Positions 16,812 to 25,652 of a DNA stretch of 44,404 nucleotides are shown here, one piece after another; position 1 is the stretch's first letter; each line of letters begins with the position of its first letter. Source of the stretch: Fidelibacterota bacterium (lineage in GTDB: Bacteria; Fidelibacterota; Marinisomatia; Marinisomatales; S15-B10); contig JBHIAI010000006.1 of the NCBI GenBank assembly GCA_046861655.1, positions 1 to 44,404 of the forward strand, written 5' to 3'. The position numbers were made by a program, and so were the translations under genes. The notes beneath the pieces are model-generated. The model searched no databases. It worked only from the letters and a program-made list of their open reading frames with translations, and was not told the DNA's origin.

Positions 16812-19733
16812 TTGCTCAGGTTCGCGGTTCTGGTGAACCTGTTCGGAGGACTTTCCGCAGGGACACAGGAATACTGGCAGCAATGGGTTGACTACCGGAT
16901 GGACGTATCCCTGGACCCCGAGGAGCACCTGCTCACCGGTGAGTCGTCGATTGTCTATGTCAACCGTTCTCCCGATACTCTTGACCACATCTTCATGCAT
17001 CTGTACCCGAATGCCTTTCAGGAAGGATCTGTGAAGTACAGGGAATTCCAGAGGGTCCATTATTCGGGTGGCATTTCCGACGACAATCCCAGCTATATCC
17101 GGATAGACCGGTTCCGGATCGAAGGTCCTGGGAACGCTGTTTCCACCCGGTTCAAAATCGAAGACACCATTCTTTCAGCACCCCTTGATCCCTCCTTGAC
17201 CCCGGGGGACTCCATCATTGTCACTCTGGAGTGGAAGCATAAGGTCAGGAAAAGGGCGGGCCGGATGGGCTATTCCGGACAGCAGTACGATATGGCCCAG
17301 TGGTATCCAAAGATGGTGGTGTACGATGATCTGGGGTGGCACAATGTTCCCTTTCACGCCATCGGAGAATTCTATGGCGAATTCGGCAACTATCTTGTAA
17401 CCCTCGATCTTCCCGCCTCCTACATCGTGGGAGCTTCCGGAGTGGTTGTGCAGGGGGATCCCGGCTGGGAGGCGGTCACCGTCGACACCACCACGGATTT
17501 TTCTGAATGGGTGAGGACTCTCGACACCCTCGAATCCGACAGCACCGCCCGGCGTAAAGTGACCTTTCGTGCTGAAAACGTTCACGACTTCGCCTGGGTG
17601 GCGTCTCCGACCTACGTGTACGAACACGGAAGTTGGGGGGGAATCGACGTACATGTCCTTTTCAACAGATCTGTCGGGTCCCGGTGGAGCCAGGTAGTAC
17701 GGGAGAGGACAGAAAGGGCCCTGGAGTGGCTCACCACCCGGTTTGGGCCATATCCCTATCCCCAGGTTACGGTGACCCACGCCATGCGCGGAGGCGGTAT
17801 GGAGTATCCCATGCTGGTAATGAACGGGAGTGAATCTGAGGGCCTTATTCTACACGAAGTGGGACACATATGGTTCTACGGAATCCTGGGAAACAACGAA
17901 GTGGATGAGCCGTGGCTGGATGAGGGATTCACCACCTTTCAGACCCGGTGGTATCTGGAAAACCGCTATCCGCCCTACGGAATAGATTTTGAGCACTCGG
18001 GAGGGTATTCTGGTTTTCAGAGACGCCACTGGACATTCACCAGCATCTCCGATCGGACCCAGTGGACCGCCATCCGGTTCATGACCGGACCGCATAATAG
18101 CCCCATCGCCACAAAGTCCTACCTCTCCCCCGGGTACAACGTCTACCGGCAGAACGCCTACACCAAACCTTCGCTCATGCTGGAGTGTCTCAGGTACGCC
18201 CTGGGCGAGGATGTGTTCGAAGCCGGTATGCAGACCTACTTTGATCGCTGGAAACTCAAGCATCCCAATGAGCTCCGTTTTCGTCAGGTTATGGAGGAGG
18301 TGAGTGGGCAGGACCTTGGGTGGTTTTTCGATGCCTGGCTGCATCAGAGTTCGTACACAGACTACGCGATTGAATCCTGGAGCAAGAGAAAGCTTGATGA
18401 CGGTTCCTACGAGATTACTGTGGCTATCCTCAACCTGGGGGATATGATGTCACCCCTGGATGTTGAGGTGCACATGGAGAACGGAAAGACCCAGCGTACC
18501 CGGTGGACCAACCACGAGTATCGGTGGAAAGATGAGTTCACATTCACCGTGCCTGGTATCCCCAGGAAGGTTGTTCTGGATCCTGACAACCGGATTCTTG
18601 ACGTGAACCTGATGAACAACCATTCGGGGCTCCCGCCGCACCGGTTCCATTTCAACTGGCCTGGAATGAATTACAGGCCCAGGGACGCCTATGCAGTCTT
18701 ATGGAATCCGGTGTTGTGGTTCCATGAAAGGGATGGGTTCAAGCCGGGGATTGCGGTGGTGAAGGCGTACGGGGATTTCAGCCGTCTTGGGCTGACGGTG
18801 ACCGGGGGGACAAAGTCCGGCGCCGTTCATGGTGAGATAACCTACGGGAGATCCCTCTGGTTTGTCCTGCCGTCTTTGAGGCTTACTCTCAGGGGCTATG
18901 TCCTGGAGGGGGTCAGGGGCGGCGGTGGAGAGCTGAACCTAAGATGGAGCAAGTATTACGGTTACCCCCCCACCCATGAGGTGAAGGGGGGATTCTACGT
19001 GACCGATGCCGTCGACACCGGGTACACGGACCTGTACGAACCTGGTACGGTCACTGTTTTCTACGGGAGTTACGGCGTCGGAGCCAGCCTGGACCGGGTC
19101 GGGGGCAGGTTGGTACTGGAATTTGCCTCCGCCCCGGGGGGTCTGGCGGATTGGCCCTTCGCCCGTCTCTCTTCGCTGGCTACCTTTCACGGCAGGGTGA
19201 GGGACTTCAGGCTCGCTGTCCGGGTGCTGGGCGGGGGTATGAAAAGCGGCCAGGAAGGGATACCTCTACAGGAGAAATTTACCATTCAGGGAGCGGGATC
19301 CGGGGACACGTTCTCCAGACCTTTCCTCCGCCACCCGACTTCCCCTTTCGGATTGAAATATGGGGGCGATTCCGTTCGAAATCGGTTCCATCTGTTCGGG
19401 GACGCAAATCTGAGGGGCTACTATGCCCACGGCTTTTCCGGTGCCGAAAGTGTGGTGTCTTCAACGGTGGAGGCCAGCCGGACCCTCTCCATTTCTAGGG
19501 TGGAAATCTCCGTCCGCTCCTTCGTGGACTTCGGCTGGATCTGGAGCAAAGCAGATAGTCTAAACGGCGTTTTCCTGATGGATGGGGGTCCGGGATTGGC
19601 GTTTCGAAAGAAGTTTCTCGGGGCCCCGTGGACGTTTCGACTTGACCTTCCCGTCTTCTTGAATCAGCCCCTTCCGGAAAGGTCACGGGTGGACGTCTCC
19701 CGGTGGGTCGTGGGTCTGGATATGGGTCTATGA
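16812..19733 (+). CDS. Secreted M1-family zinc aminopeptidase with C-terminal Omp85-like beta-barrel
   Basis: GGMEY and HEVGH-x18-E (H at 17853) motifs; C-terminal amphipathic strands with LRGY, FVDFG and RLD motifs. The start is uncertain, and the ORF-track extension to 16500 overlaps tlpA. Confidence 0.85.
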   Translation: MLRFAVLVNLFGGLSAGTQEYWQQWVDYRMDVSLDPEEHLLTGESSIVYVNRSPDTLDHIFMHLYPNAFQEGSVKYREFQRVHYSGGISDDNPSYIRIDRFRIEGPGNAVSTRFKIEDTILSAPLDPSLTPGDSIIVTLEWKHKVRKRAGRMGYSGQQYDMAQWYPKMVVYDDLGWHNVPFHAIGEFYGEFGNYLVTLDLPASYIVGASGVVVQGDPGWEAVTVDTTTDFSEWVRTLDTLESDSTARRKVTFRAENVHDFAWVASPTYVYEHGSWGGIDVHVLFNRSVGSRWSQVVRERTERALEWLTTRFGPYPYPQVTVTHAMRGGGMEYPMLVMNGSESEGLILHEVGHIWFYGILGNNEVDEPWLDEGFTTFQTRWYLENRYPPYGIDFEHSGGYSGFQRRHWTFTSISDRTQWTAIRFMTGPHNSPIATKSYLSPGYNVYRQNAYTKPSLMLECLRYALGEDVFEAGMQTYFDRWKLKHPNELRFRQVMEEVSGQDLGWFFDAWLHQSSYTDYAIESWSKRKLDDGSYEITVAILNLGDMMSPLDVEVHMENGKTQRTRWTNHEYRWKDEFTFTVPGIPRKVVLDPDNRILDVNLMNNHSGLPPHRFHFNWPGMNYRPRDAYAVLWNPVLWFHERDGFKPGIAVVKAYGDFSRLGLTVTGGTKSGAVHGEITYGRSLWFVLPSLRLTLRGYVLEGVRGGGGELNLRWSKYYGYPPTHEVKGGFYVTDAVDTGYTDLYEPGTVTVFYGSYGVGASLDRVGGRLVLEFASAPGGLADWPFARLSSLATFHGRVRDFRLAVRVLGGGMKSGQEGIPLQEKFTIQGAGSGDTFSRPFLRHPTSPFGLKYGGDSVRNRFHLFGDANLRGYYAHGFSGAESVVSSTVEASRTLSISRVEISVRSFVDFGWIWSKADSLNGVFLMDGGPGLAFRKKFLGAPWTFRLDLPVFLNQPLPERSRVDVSRWVVGLDMGL

Positions 19734-19832
19734 GGAGTACAGGTTTCGAACACGAATCCTGTGTTCCCTGACCTGAAACTTTTGAAGTCGTTTTTCATTG
19801 AAGGTGTGAGTGTAACGGAGGCAAAAAGCGAG

Positions 19833-21245
19833 ATGAAAAAACGGTTAGCGTATTCCTGGTTAAGCATTGTTTTCCTGGTATCCACGGGATGGGGTCAATT
19901 GCCGGCGGCCAGGGAACTCAGCAAGATTTTCACCGAGGTGGCTGAGCGGGTGAATCCGGCGGTGGTGACCATTACCAGCACGAAGGTAATCAAGCCGCCG
20001 GGGATGAGGTTTCGACACCCCTGGGAAGAATTCTTCGGAGAGGATTTCTTTTCCCCTTTTCAGTTTCCCCAGAGTGAAATGGAAGCCCATGTGCTGGGAT
20101 CCGGGGTCATCGTGGACCCCGATCGCGGCTATATCCTGACCAATAACCATGTGGTGGAAGGGGCCGAAGAGGTGCGCATCCTCCTCATGGACGAAAGACG
20201 TCTTGATGCAGAAATCGTGGGAACTGACGCCCCCAGTGATGTTGCCGTTCTAAGAATCGATACGGACGGTCTGGTGGGTGTGACCCCCGGGAACTCCGAT
20301 GATCTGAAAGTGGGGGAATGGGTGCTGGCCATAGGAAGTCCCTTCTCCCGGAATCTGAGTCACTCCGTCACCGCGGGCATCGTGAGCGCTAAGGGTCGCA
20401 GCGGAATCGTGGGAGGGGTGGACTATGAGGACTTTATTCAGACCGACGCAGCCATCAACCCCGGAAACAGCGGAGGTGCCCTGGTAAACCTGGACGGTGA
20501 GCTGGTGGGAATTAACACCGCCATCGCCACCGGGGGGTTTTCCCGGGGCAACGTGGGGGTAGGCTTTGCCATCCCGATCAATCTCGCCAAGCGGGTCATG
20601 GATGATCTCATCGCCGAGGGCCGAGTGGTGCGAGCCTGGTTGGGCGTCTACATTCAGGATGTCAACGACGCTCTGGCCAGGAGCTGGGGACTGTCGGACA
20701 GGGAAGGTGCAGCGGTCACCATGGTAATCGACGGCAGTCCGGCAGACAAAGCGGGATTTGAAGTGGAAGATGTCATCGTGGAATTCGACGGCAAGAAGGT
20801 CAAGAATTCGTCCAATCTCAAGAACCTGGTTTCATCCACCCGGCCGGGTACCCGAGTCACCGTGGATGTGATTCGCGACAGGCGCAGAAAGTCGATCCGG
20901 GTGAAACTCGCAGAGCTGCCTGAAAAAGACGAGATTCTCGCTGCCGCGGAAGAGAGTCCTCACGGTCTGGGTCTCAGGGTGGAGAATCTCTCTCTCCAGA
21001 TGGCCTCCAGACTCGGTTTGGATAAGGGTCAGTCTGGTGTGGTGGTGGTGGAAGTGGAGCCTGTATCGGCGGCGAGTGATGCCGGATTGCAGCGAGGAGA
21101 CGTGATCACCCGGGTGGGCGATCGGGAAATCAACTCTGTGGAAGAATTCTATTCTGCGGTGGAGAAGGAGCAAACAGACGGCACCGTGGTCTTTCTCGTA
21201 AAGCGAGGACAAGGCACTTTTTTCCTGGCCCTTGACGTAAAGTAG
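19833..21245 (+). CDS. degP: DegP/DegQ (HtrA) periplasmic serine protease with two PDZ domains
   Basis: Signal peptide MKKRLAYSWLSIVFLVSTGWG; TNNHV, DVAVL and INPGNSGG motifs; two PDZ domains. Confidence 0.93.
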   Translation: MKKRLAYSWLSIVFLVSTGWGQLPAARELSKIFTEVAERVNPAVVTITSTKVIKPPGMRFRHPWEEFFGEDFFSPFQFPQSEMEAHVLGSGVIVDPDRGYILTNNHVVEGAEEVRILLMDERRLDAEIVGTDAPSDVAVLRIDTDGLVGVTPGNSDDLKVGEWVLAIGSPFSRNLSHSVTAGIVSAKGRSGIVGGVDYEDFIQTDAAINPGNSGGALVNLDGELVGINTAIATGGFSRGNVGVGFAIPINLAKRVMDDLIAEGRVVRAWLGVYIQDVNDALARSWGLSDREGAAVTMVIDGSPADKAGFEVEDVIVEFDGKKVKNSSNLKNLVSSTRPGTRVTVDVIRDRRRKSIRVKLAELPEKDEILAAAEESPHGLGLRVENLSLQMASRLGLDKGQSGVVVVEVEPVSAASDAGLQRGDVITRVGDREINSVEEFYSAVEKEQTDGTVVFLVKRGQGTFFLALDVK

Positions 21246-21314
21246 TCCCCTCCTTTCACGAACGGCTCCTGTGATTCCAGGGTCCACGATTCCCTTTCAC
21301 GACGGTGAAATGGA

Positions 21315-21343
21315 TTGACTTTCGACGGGTGGATAGGTAATTT
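21315..21343 (+). promoter_or_regulatory. Promoter TTGACT-17-TAATTT for the DUF2905-ileS operon
   Basis: TTGACT 21315-20, TAATTT 21338-43. Confidence 0.7.
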
Positions 21344-21376
21344 CCTTGCTCGGTAACTGAGAAAGGGAGGTCTGCG

Positions 21377-21592
21377 ATCGGCAAACTCTTCCTGGTTTTG
21401 ACTATCGTTTTTTTTGTCCTGTGGATTCTTACCACTTTCGGATCTCACATCCCGGTCCTGGGTAAGCTGGGTCATCTGCCCGGAGACGTGCATATCAACA
21501 CAGACAACGTATCCATCCACATTCCCATTGTTTCTTCCCTGGTGGTCAGTGCCATCCTGACCCTGATTCTCCGCCTTTTCGCCCGGATATAG
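21377..21592 (+). CDS. DUF2905 family small membrane protein (probable ATC start)
   Basis: LGHLPGDV...IPIVSSL motif; SD GGGAGG 6 nt before an in-frame ATC-GGC-AAA. TTG 21398 is the alternative start. Confidence 0.8.
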   Translation: MGKLFLVLTIVFFVLWILTTFGSHIPVLGKLGHLPGDVHINTDNVSIHIPIVSSLVVSAILTLILRLFARI

Positions 21593-21595
21593 GGT

Positions 21596-24500
21596 ATGCT
21601 CGACAAAGTCGATCCCAAGGTAGACTTCATCCGTCTTGAGCATGACATGCTCGAATTCTGGGAAAAGAACAAGATTTTCCAAAAGCGGATGTCATCCAAC
21701 CGGGGAAAGAAGAAGTGGTCCTTCCTGGACGGTCCCATCACCGCCAACAATCCCATGGGTGTTCATCACGCCTGGGGCCGGACTTACAAGGACATTTTCC
21801 AGCGCTATTTCGCCATGAAGGGATTCGATCAGCGGTATCAGAATGGATTTGACTGCCAGGGGTTGTGGGTTGAGGTGGAGGTGGAAAAGGAACTGGGTTT
21901 TACCTCCAAGACCGATATCGAGGAGTTCGGTATTGAGAATTTTGTCAACGCCTGCAAGGAAAGGGTCAGGCGATTTTCCCGGGTTCAGACCGACCAGTCC
22001 ATCCGACTGGGGTACTGGATGGATTGGGACAACTCCTACTATACCATGTCAGATGAGAACAACTATACTATCTGGCACTTTCTGAAGGTCTGTCATCAGA
22101 AGGGATGGATCTACAAGGGAGAGGATGTGATGCCCTGGTGCATCGATTGCAGTGCCGCTTTGAGCGAACACGAAATCGCCACTGAAGGATATGCCCAACG
22201 GACGCACCCTGCGGTCACCCTTCGTTTTCCCCTGAAGGAGTCTCCAGGGGAATCGTTACTGGTTTGGACCACCACACCCTGGACCCTCACCTCCAACGTG
22301 GCGGCAGCGGTCCATCCGGATATGGAGTACGTCAAGGTGAAACAGGGAGAACACGTTCTCTATCTTGTGGCCACACGAACGGCCGTTCTTGAGGATCAGG
22401 GCAGCTACGAGGTTCTATCCACCTTGAAGGGCTCCGATCTCGTGGGGAGACGTTACGAGGGACCGTTTGATGAGTTCGAAGCCCAAAGGGGAGTGGATCA
22501 CCCTGTGGTTGCGTGGGACGAAGTGAATGACGCCGAAGGAACTGGGGTGGTGCACATGGCGCCGGGATGCGGTCACGAGGATTTTCAGCTGGCCAAAGAA
22601 ATGGATCTGAATGTCCTCGCCCCCCTGGACGAATTCGGAGATTTCGTTGAAGGGTACAGGTGGCTGACGGGCAGGAATGTTCGGGACGTCGCCAGGGATC
22701 TTATCCGTGCTCTTGAGAAAAAGAACATCCTGTACAGGGAGGAATCCTATACACACCGGTATCCCATCTGCTGGCGGCACAAAACGGACGTGGTGTTCAG
22801 GCTGGTGGATGAGTGGTTCATTTCCATGGATGGGTTCCGTAACGAAATCATGAACGTGGTCAGGGATATCCAGTGGATTCCCGAGTGGGGCCTTGACCGG
22901 GAGCTGGACTGGCTGAAGAACATGGAAGATTGGATGATCTCCAAGAAGCGTTACTGGGGTCTTGCTCTTCCCATTTATGAATGTGATCGGTGTGGGAGCG
23001 TTTCGGTCATAGGCGGATATGACGAGCTCAAAGCGCGAGCCGTTGAGGGCTGGAAAGAATTCGTAGAAGGCGAAGATGGCAAGGGGTATTCTCCCCACAG
23101 GCCGTGGATCGACCGGGTAAGAATCCGTTGCGAGACCTGCGAAGCCGTGGTCTCCAGGATTCCCGACGTGGGCAATCCCTGGCTGGATGCGGGGATCGTC
23201 CCCTATTCCACACTCCACTACCTGGGGGATCGTGCCTACTGGGAGGAATGGTTTCCTGCCGATTTCATAACGGAGAATCTGGCTGGCCAGTTCCGGAACT
23301 GGTTTTATTCACTGCTGGCCATGAGTACGGCTCTGGAAAACCGGGCGCCATTCAAGATAGTCCTGGGCCACGCCCTGGTCAAGGATGAACAGGGACGGGA
23401 CATGCACAAGAGCGCCGGGAATGCCATCTGGTTCGATGAGGCGGCCGAACGGATGGGGGTGGACGTCATGCGTTGGATCTTCGCCAGCCAGAACCCAGAG
23501 CATAATCTTCTCTTCGGCTATGGTCCCGCCCGGGAAATACGCAAGAAACTCATCACCCTCTGGAATGTGTATTCGTTCTTTGTTACCTATGCCGGGCTCG
23601 ATAGATTCGACCCTCACGCAGTGGAGCTTGAGGATCGGGATCTTACCAAACTGGACCTCTGGATTCTATCGAAAATGAATCAATTGATTCTTCGGGCTGA
23701 CTCTGCCTATCAGAGCTTCAGGGTAGACTGGTTCATGCGTCAGGTGGATCGTTTCCTCCGGGACCTGTCCAACTGGTACGTGCGCCGAAGCCGACGACGA
23801 TTCTGGAAGAGCGAAAACGACAGGGACAAGAATGCCGCCTATATGACCCTGTATACGGTGCTGACGGATTTGATAAAGATCCTGGCCCCCGTGGTTCCCT
23901 TCATGACGGAAAGAATCTATCAAAACCTGGTGAGGAACCTGGACGCCTCCTCTCTAGAAAGCGTCCATTTGACCGATTTTCCCGAAGCGTCCCGGGCGAG
24001 GGTGAACGAGGATTTGATCGAGGAAATCGACGCAGTGGTGACTCTTGTGGAAATGGGGCGTCACGCCCGGAACCAGGCCAATCTGAAGATCAGACAGCCC
24101 CTGGCGAAGCTTCAGTTCGCTACGGAAAATGCCCGGGTGGCAGAGGCCATTGGAAAAAACCAGGAACAGATCAAGGAGGAATTGAACGTGAAAGAAGTTC
24201 AGCAGGTGGGCTCGGAAAAAGATCTGGTAAGCTTTCGCCTTGAGCCCAACCTGCCTCTTCTGGGGAAACGGTTCGGGAAGGAAGTGGAGGCGGTGCGAAA
24301 TCTCATCGAAAACACCCCCTATGACGACGTGGCGGACGCCCTTGAGGGAGATGCACCCATCCGGCTGACCGACGATGAGAAACACTATGATCTGGCCCCC
24401 GAAGACATCGTGGTGAAGACGCTGCCCGTGGATGGAAAATCGGCTGTCCGCCGGCAGGCGGATCAGCTTACCGTGGCCGTGACCACCGACCTGTCCGAAG

Positions 24501-24772
24501 AATTGATCCAGGAAGGAAGAGTCAGAGACATGATTCGCCAGGTGCAGACTTTGAGGAAGGAAGCGAACTTCAACGTGGAGGACCGGATCTCGGTCACCTG
24601 CAAAACGACAGATTCCATGACGTCGGCCCTTCTGGCTTTTAAGGAGTACTTCTGCGCCGAGGTACTGGCGGCCGAATTGAAAACCGGGGAGGTGTCGGGA
24701 GATTACAACAAAGATTTCAGCGTCCAGGGAGAGAGTGTCTCCGTGGGTATTTCCAGGATTTCCAACCATTAG
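21596..24772 (+). CDS. ileS: Isoleucine--tRNA ligase, type 2
   Basis: LDGPITAN..GVHHAW, GFDCQGL, WTTTPWTL, WMISKKRYWG, DMHKS, SNWYVRRSRRRF and IRQPL motifs; long C-terminus (1058 aa). Confidence 0.97.
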   Translation: MLDKVDPKVDFIRLEHDMLEFWEKNKIFQKRMSSNRGKKKWSFLDGPITANNPMGVHHAWGRTYKDIFQRYFAMKGFDQRYQNGFDCQGLWVEVEVEKELGFTSKTDIEEFGIENFVNACKERVRRFSRVQTDQSIRLGYWMDWDNSYYTMSDENNYTIWHFLKVCHQKGWIYKGEDVMPWCIDCSAALSEHEIATEGYAQRTHPAVTLRFPLKESPGESLLVWTTTPWTLTSNVAAAVHPDMEYVKVKQGEHVLYLVATRTAVLEDQGSYEVLSTLKGSDLVGRRYEGPFDEFEAQRGVDHPVVAWDEVNDAEGTGVVHMAPGCGHEDFQLAKEMDLNVLAPLDEFGDFVEGYRWLTGRNVRDVARDLIRALEKKNILYREESYTHRYPICWRHKTDVVFRLVDEWFISMDGFRNEIMNVVRDIQWIPEWGLDRELDWLKNMEDWMISKKRYWGLALPIYECDRCGSVSVIGGYDELKARAVEGWKEFVEGEDGKGYSPHRPWIDRVRIRCETCEAVVSRIPDVGNPWLDAGIVPYSTLHYLGDRAYWEEWFPADFITENLAGQFRNWFYSLLAMSTALENRAPFKIVLGHALVKDEQGRDMHKSAGNAIWFDEAAERMGVDVMRWIFASQNPEHNLLFGYGPAREIRKKLITLWNVYSFFVTYAGLDRFDPHAVELEDRDLTKLDLWILSKMNQLILRADSAYQSFRVDWFMRQVDRFLRDLSNWYVRRSRRRFWKSENDRDKNAAYMTLYTVLTDLIKILAPVVPFMTERIYQNLVRNLDASSLESVHLTDFPEASRARVNEDLIEEIDAVVTLVEMGRHARNQANLKIRQPLAKLQFATENARVAEAIGKNQEQIKEELNVKEVQQVGSEKDLVSFRLEPNLPLLGKRFGKEVEAVRNLIENTPYDDVADALEGDAPIRLTDDEKHYDLAPEDIVVKTLPVDGKSAVRRQADQLTVAVTTDLSEELIQEGRVRDMIRQVQTLRKEANFNVEDRISVTCKTTDSMTSALLAFKEYFCAEVLAAELKTGEVSGDYNKDFSVQGESVSVGISRISNH

Positions 24773-25174
24773 ATGGTGAGGCGAACGATGACGAAAAGGA
24801 AACTGTCCAAGAAGAAGCTGGAACATTTCAAGAAGAACATCCTTGAGAAAAGGGAGAAGGCTCTCATCCAGATGGGCTACATCAAGGAGCGTTCTCTCGA
24901 TGACGTAGCCAACCTGGATTCCACCGCCAGGGACTCCACCTACGCCTACCATATGGCGGATGTGGGGACGGATTCCCAGGAACGTGAAAAATCATTTCTC
25001 TGGTACACCCGGGAGAACAGATTCATTCGCTACCTGGATGAAGCCCTGGAGCGGATAGAGAGGGGAACGTACGGTTACTGCATTGAATGCGGTGAAGCCA
25101 TTAGCGAGGAGCGATTGGAAGAGGTTCCCCACACCCAGCACTGCGTGAACTGTAAGAACAAGAATACTCAATAG
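24773..25174 (+). CDS. dksA: DksA/TraR family C4 zinc-finger protein
   Basis: HMADVGTD coiled-coil tip and GTYGYCIEC...CVNC; ileS-dksA-lspA context. Confidence 0.88.
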   Translation: MVRRTMTKRKLSKKKLEHFKKNILEKREKALIQMGYIKERSLDDVANLDSTARDSTYAYHMADVGTDSQEREKSFLWYTRENRFIRYLDEALERIERGTYGYCIECGEAISEERLEEVPHTQHCVNCKNKNTQ

Positions 25175-25175
25175 G

Positions 25176-25637
25176 GTGACCCTCCCTCTGGTCACGTCTG
25201 TGTTGGCGGTCGTCGCCGACCAGGTCACCAAACATCTTGCCCGGACCACCATGGTTCCCCATGAATCCATTCCTGTCCTGGGCAGTTTTTTCCGGCTGAC
25301 CTATGTGGAGAATAGCGGCATTGCCTTCGGTATCAACTTCAGGGGGGGTCCCGTCATTTTCACCGTAACATCTGTGGTGGCGACCCTGGTGGTGATCGGC
25401 TATGCGTGGAAATACCGCCATCGGGAGCTTTCCCTCCGCCTCTCCCTGGCCCTCATTGCCGGAGGAGCTGTGGGAAACGTAATCGACAGGCTCCTTTTCG
25501 GGAAAGTGGTGGATTTTCTCGATTTTTCCTTTGGGGCATTCCACTGGCCCGTGTTCAATGTGGCGGACTCGTGCGTTACAGTGGGCATCATCCTGTTCCT
25601 GTATCACTCGTTTTTCGGACCCACCACGTCCGCGTGA
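25176..25637 (+). CDS. lspA: Lipoprotein signal peptidase II
   Basis: DQVTK, NSGIAFG, GNVIDR, VVDF and FNVAD motifs. Confidence 0.97.
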   Translation: MTLPLVTSVLAVVADQVTKHLARTTMVPHESIPVLGSFFRLTYVENSGIAFGINFRGGPVIFTVTSVVATLVVIGYAWKYRHRELSLRLSLALIAGGAVGNVIDRLLFGKVVDFLDFSFGAFHWPVFNVADSCVTVGIILFLYHSFFGPTTSA

Positions 25638-25652
25638 ATTGATCGCACCCAA

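Noticed and set aside
19745..19802. sigmaE promoter or LexA-type box upstream of degP (GAAACTT; GAACAC...GTGTTC)
   Set aside because: Plausible by context, but the -10 match and the palindrome spacing are too poor to support.
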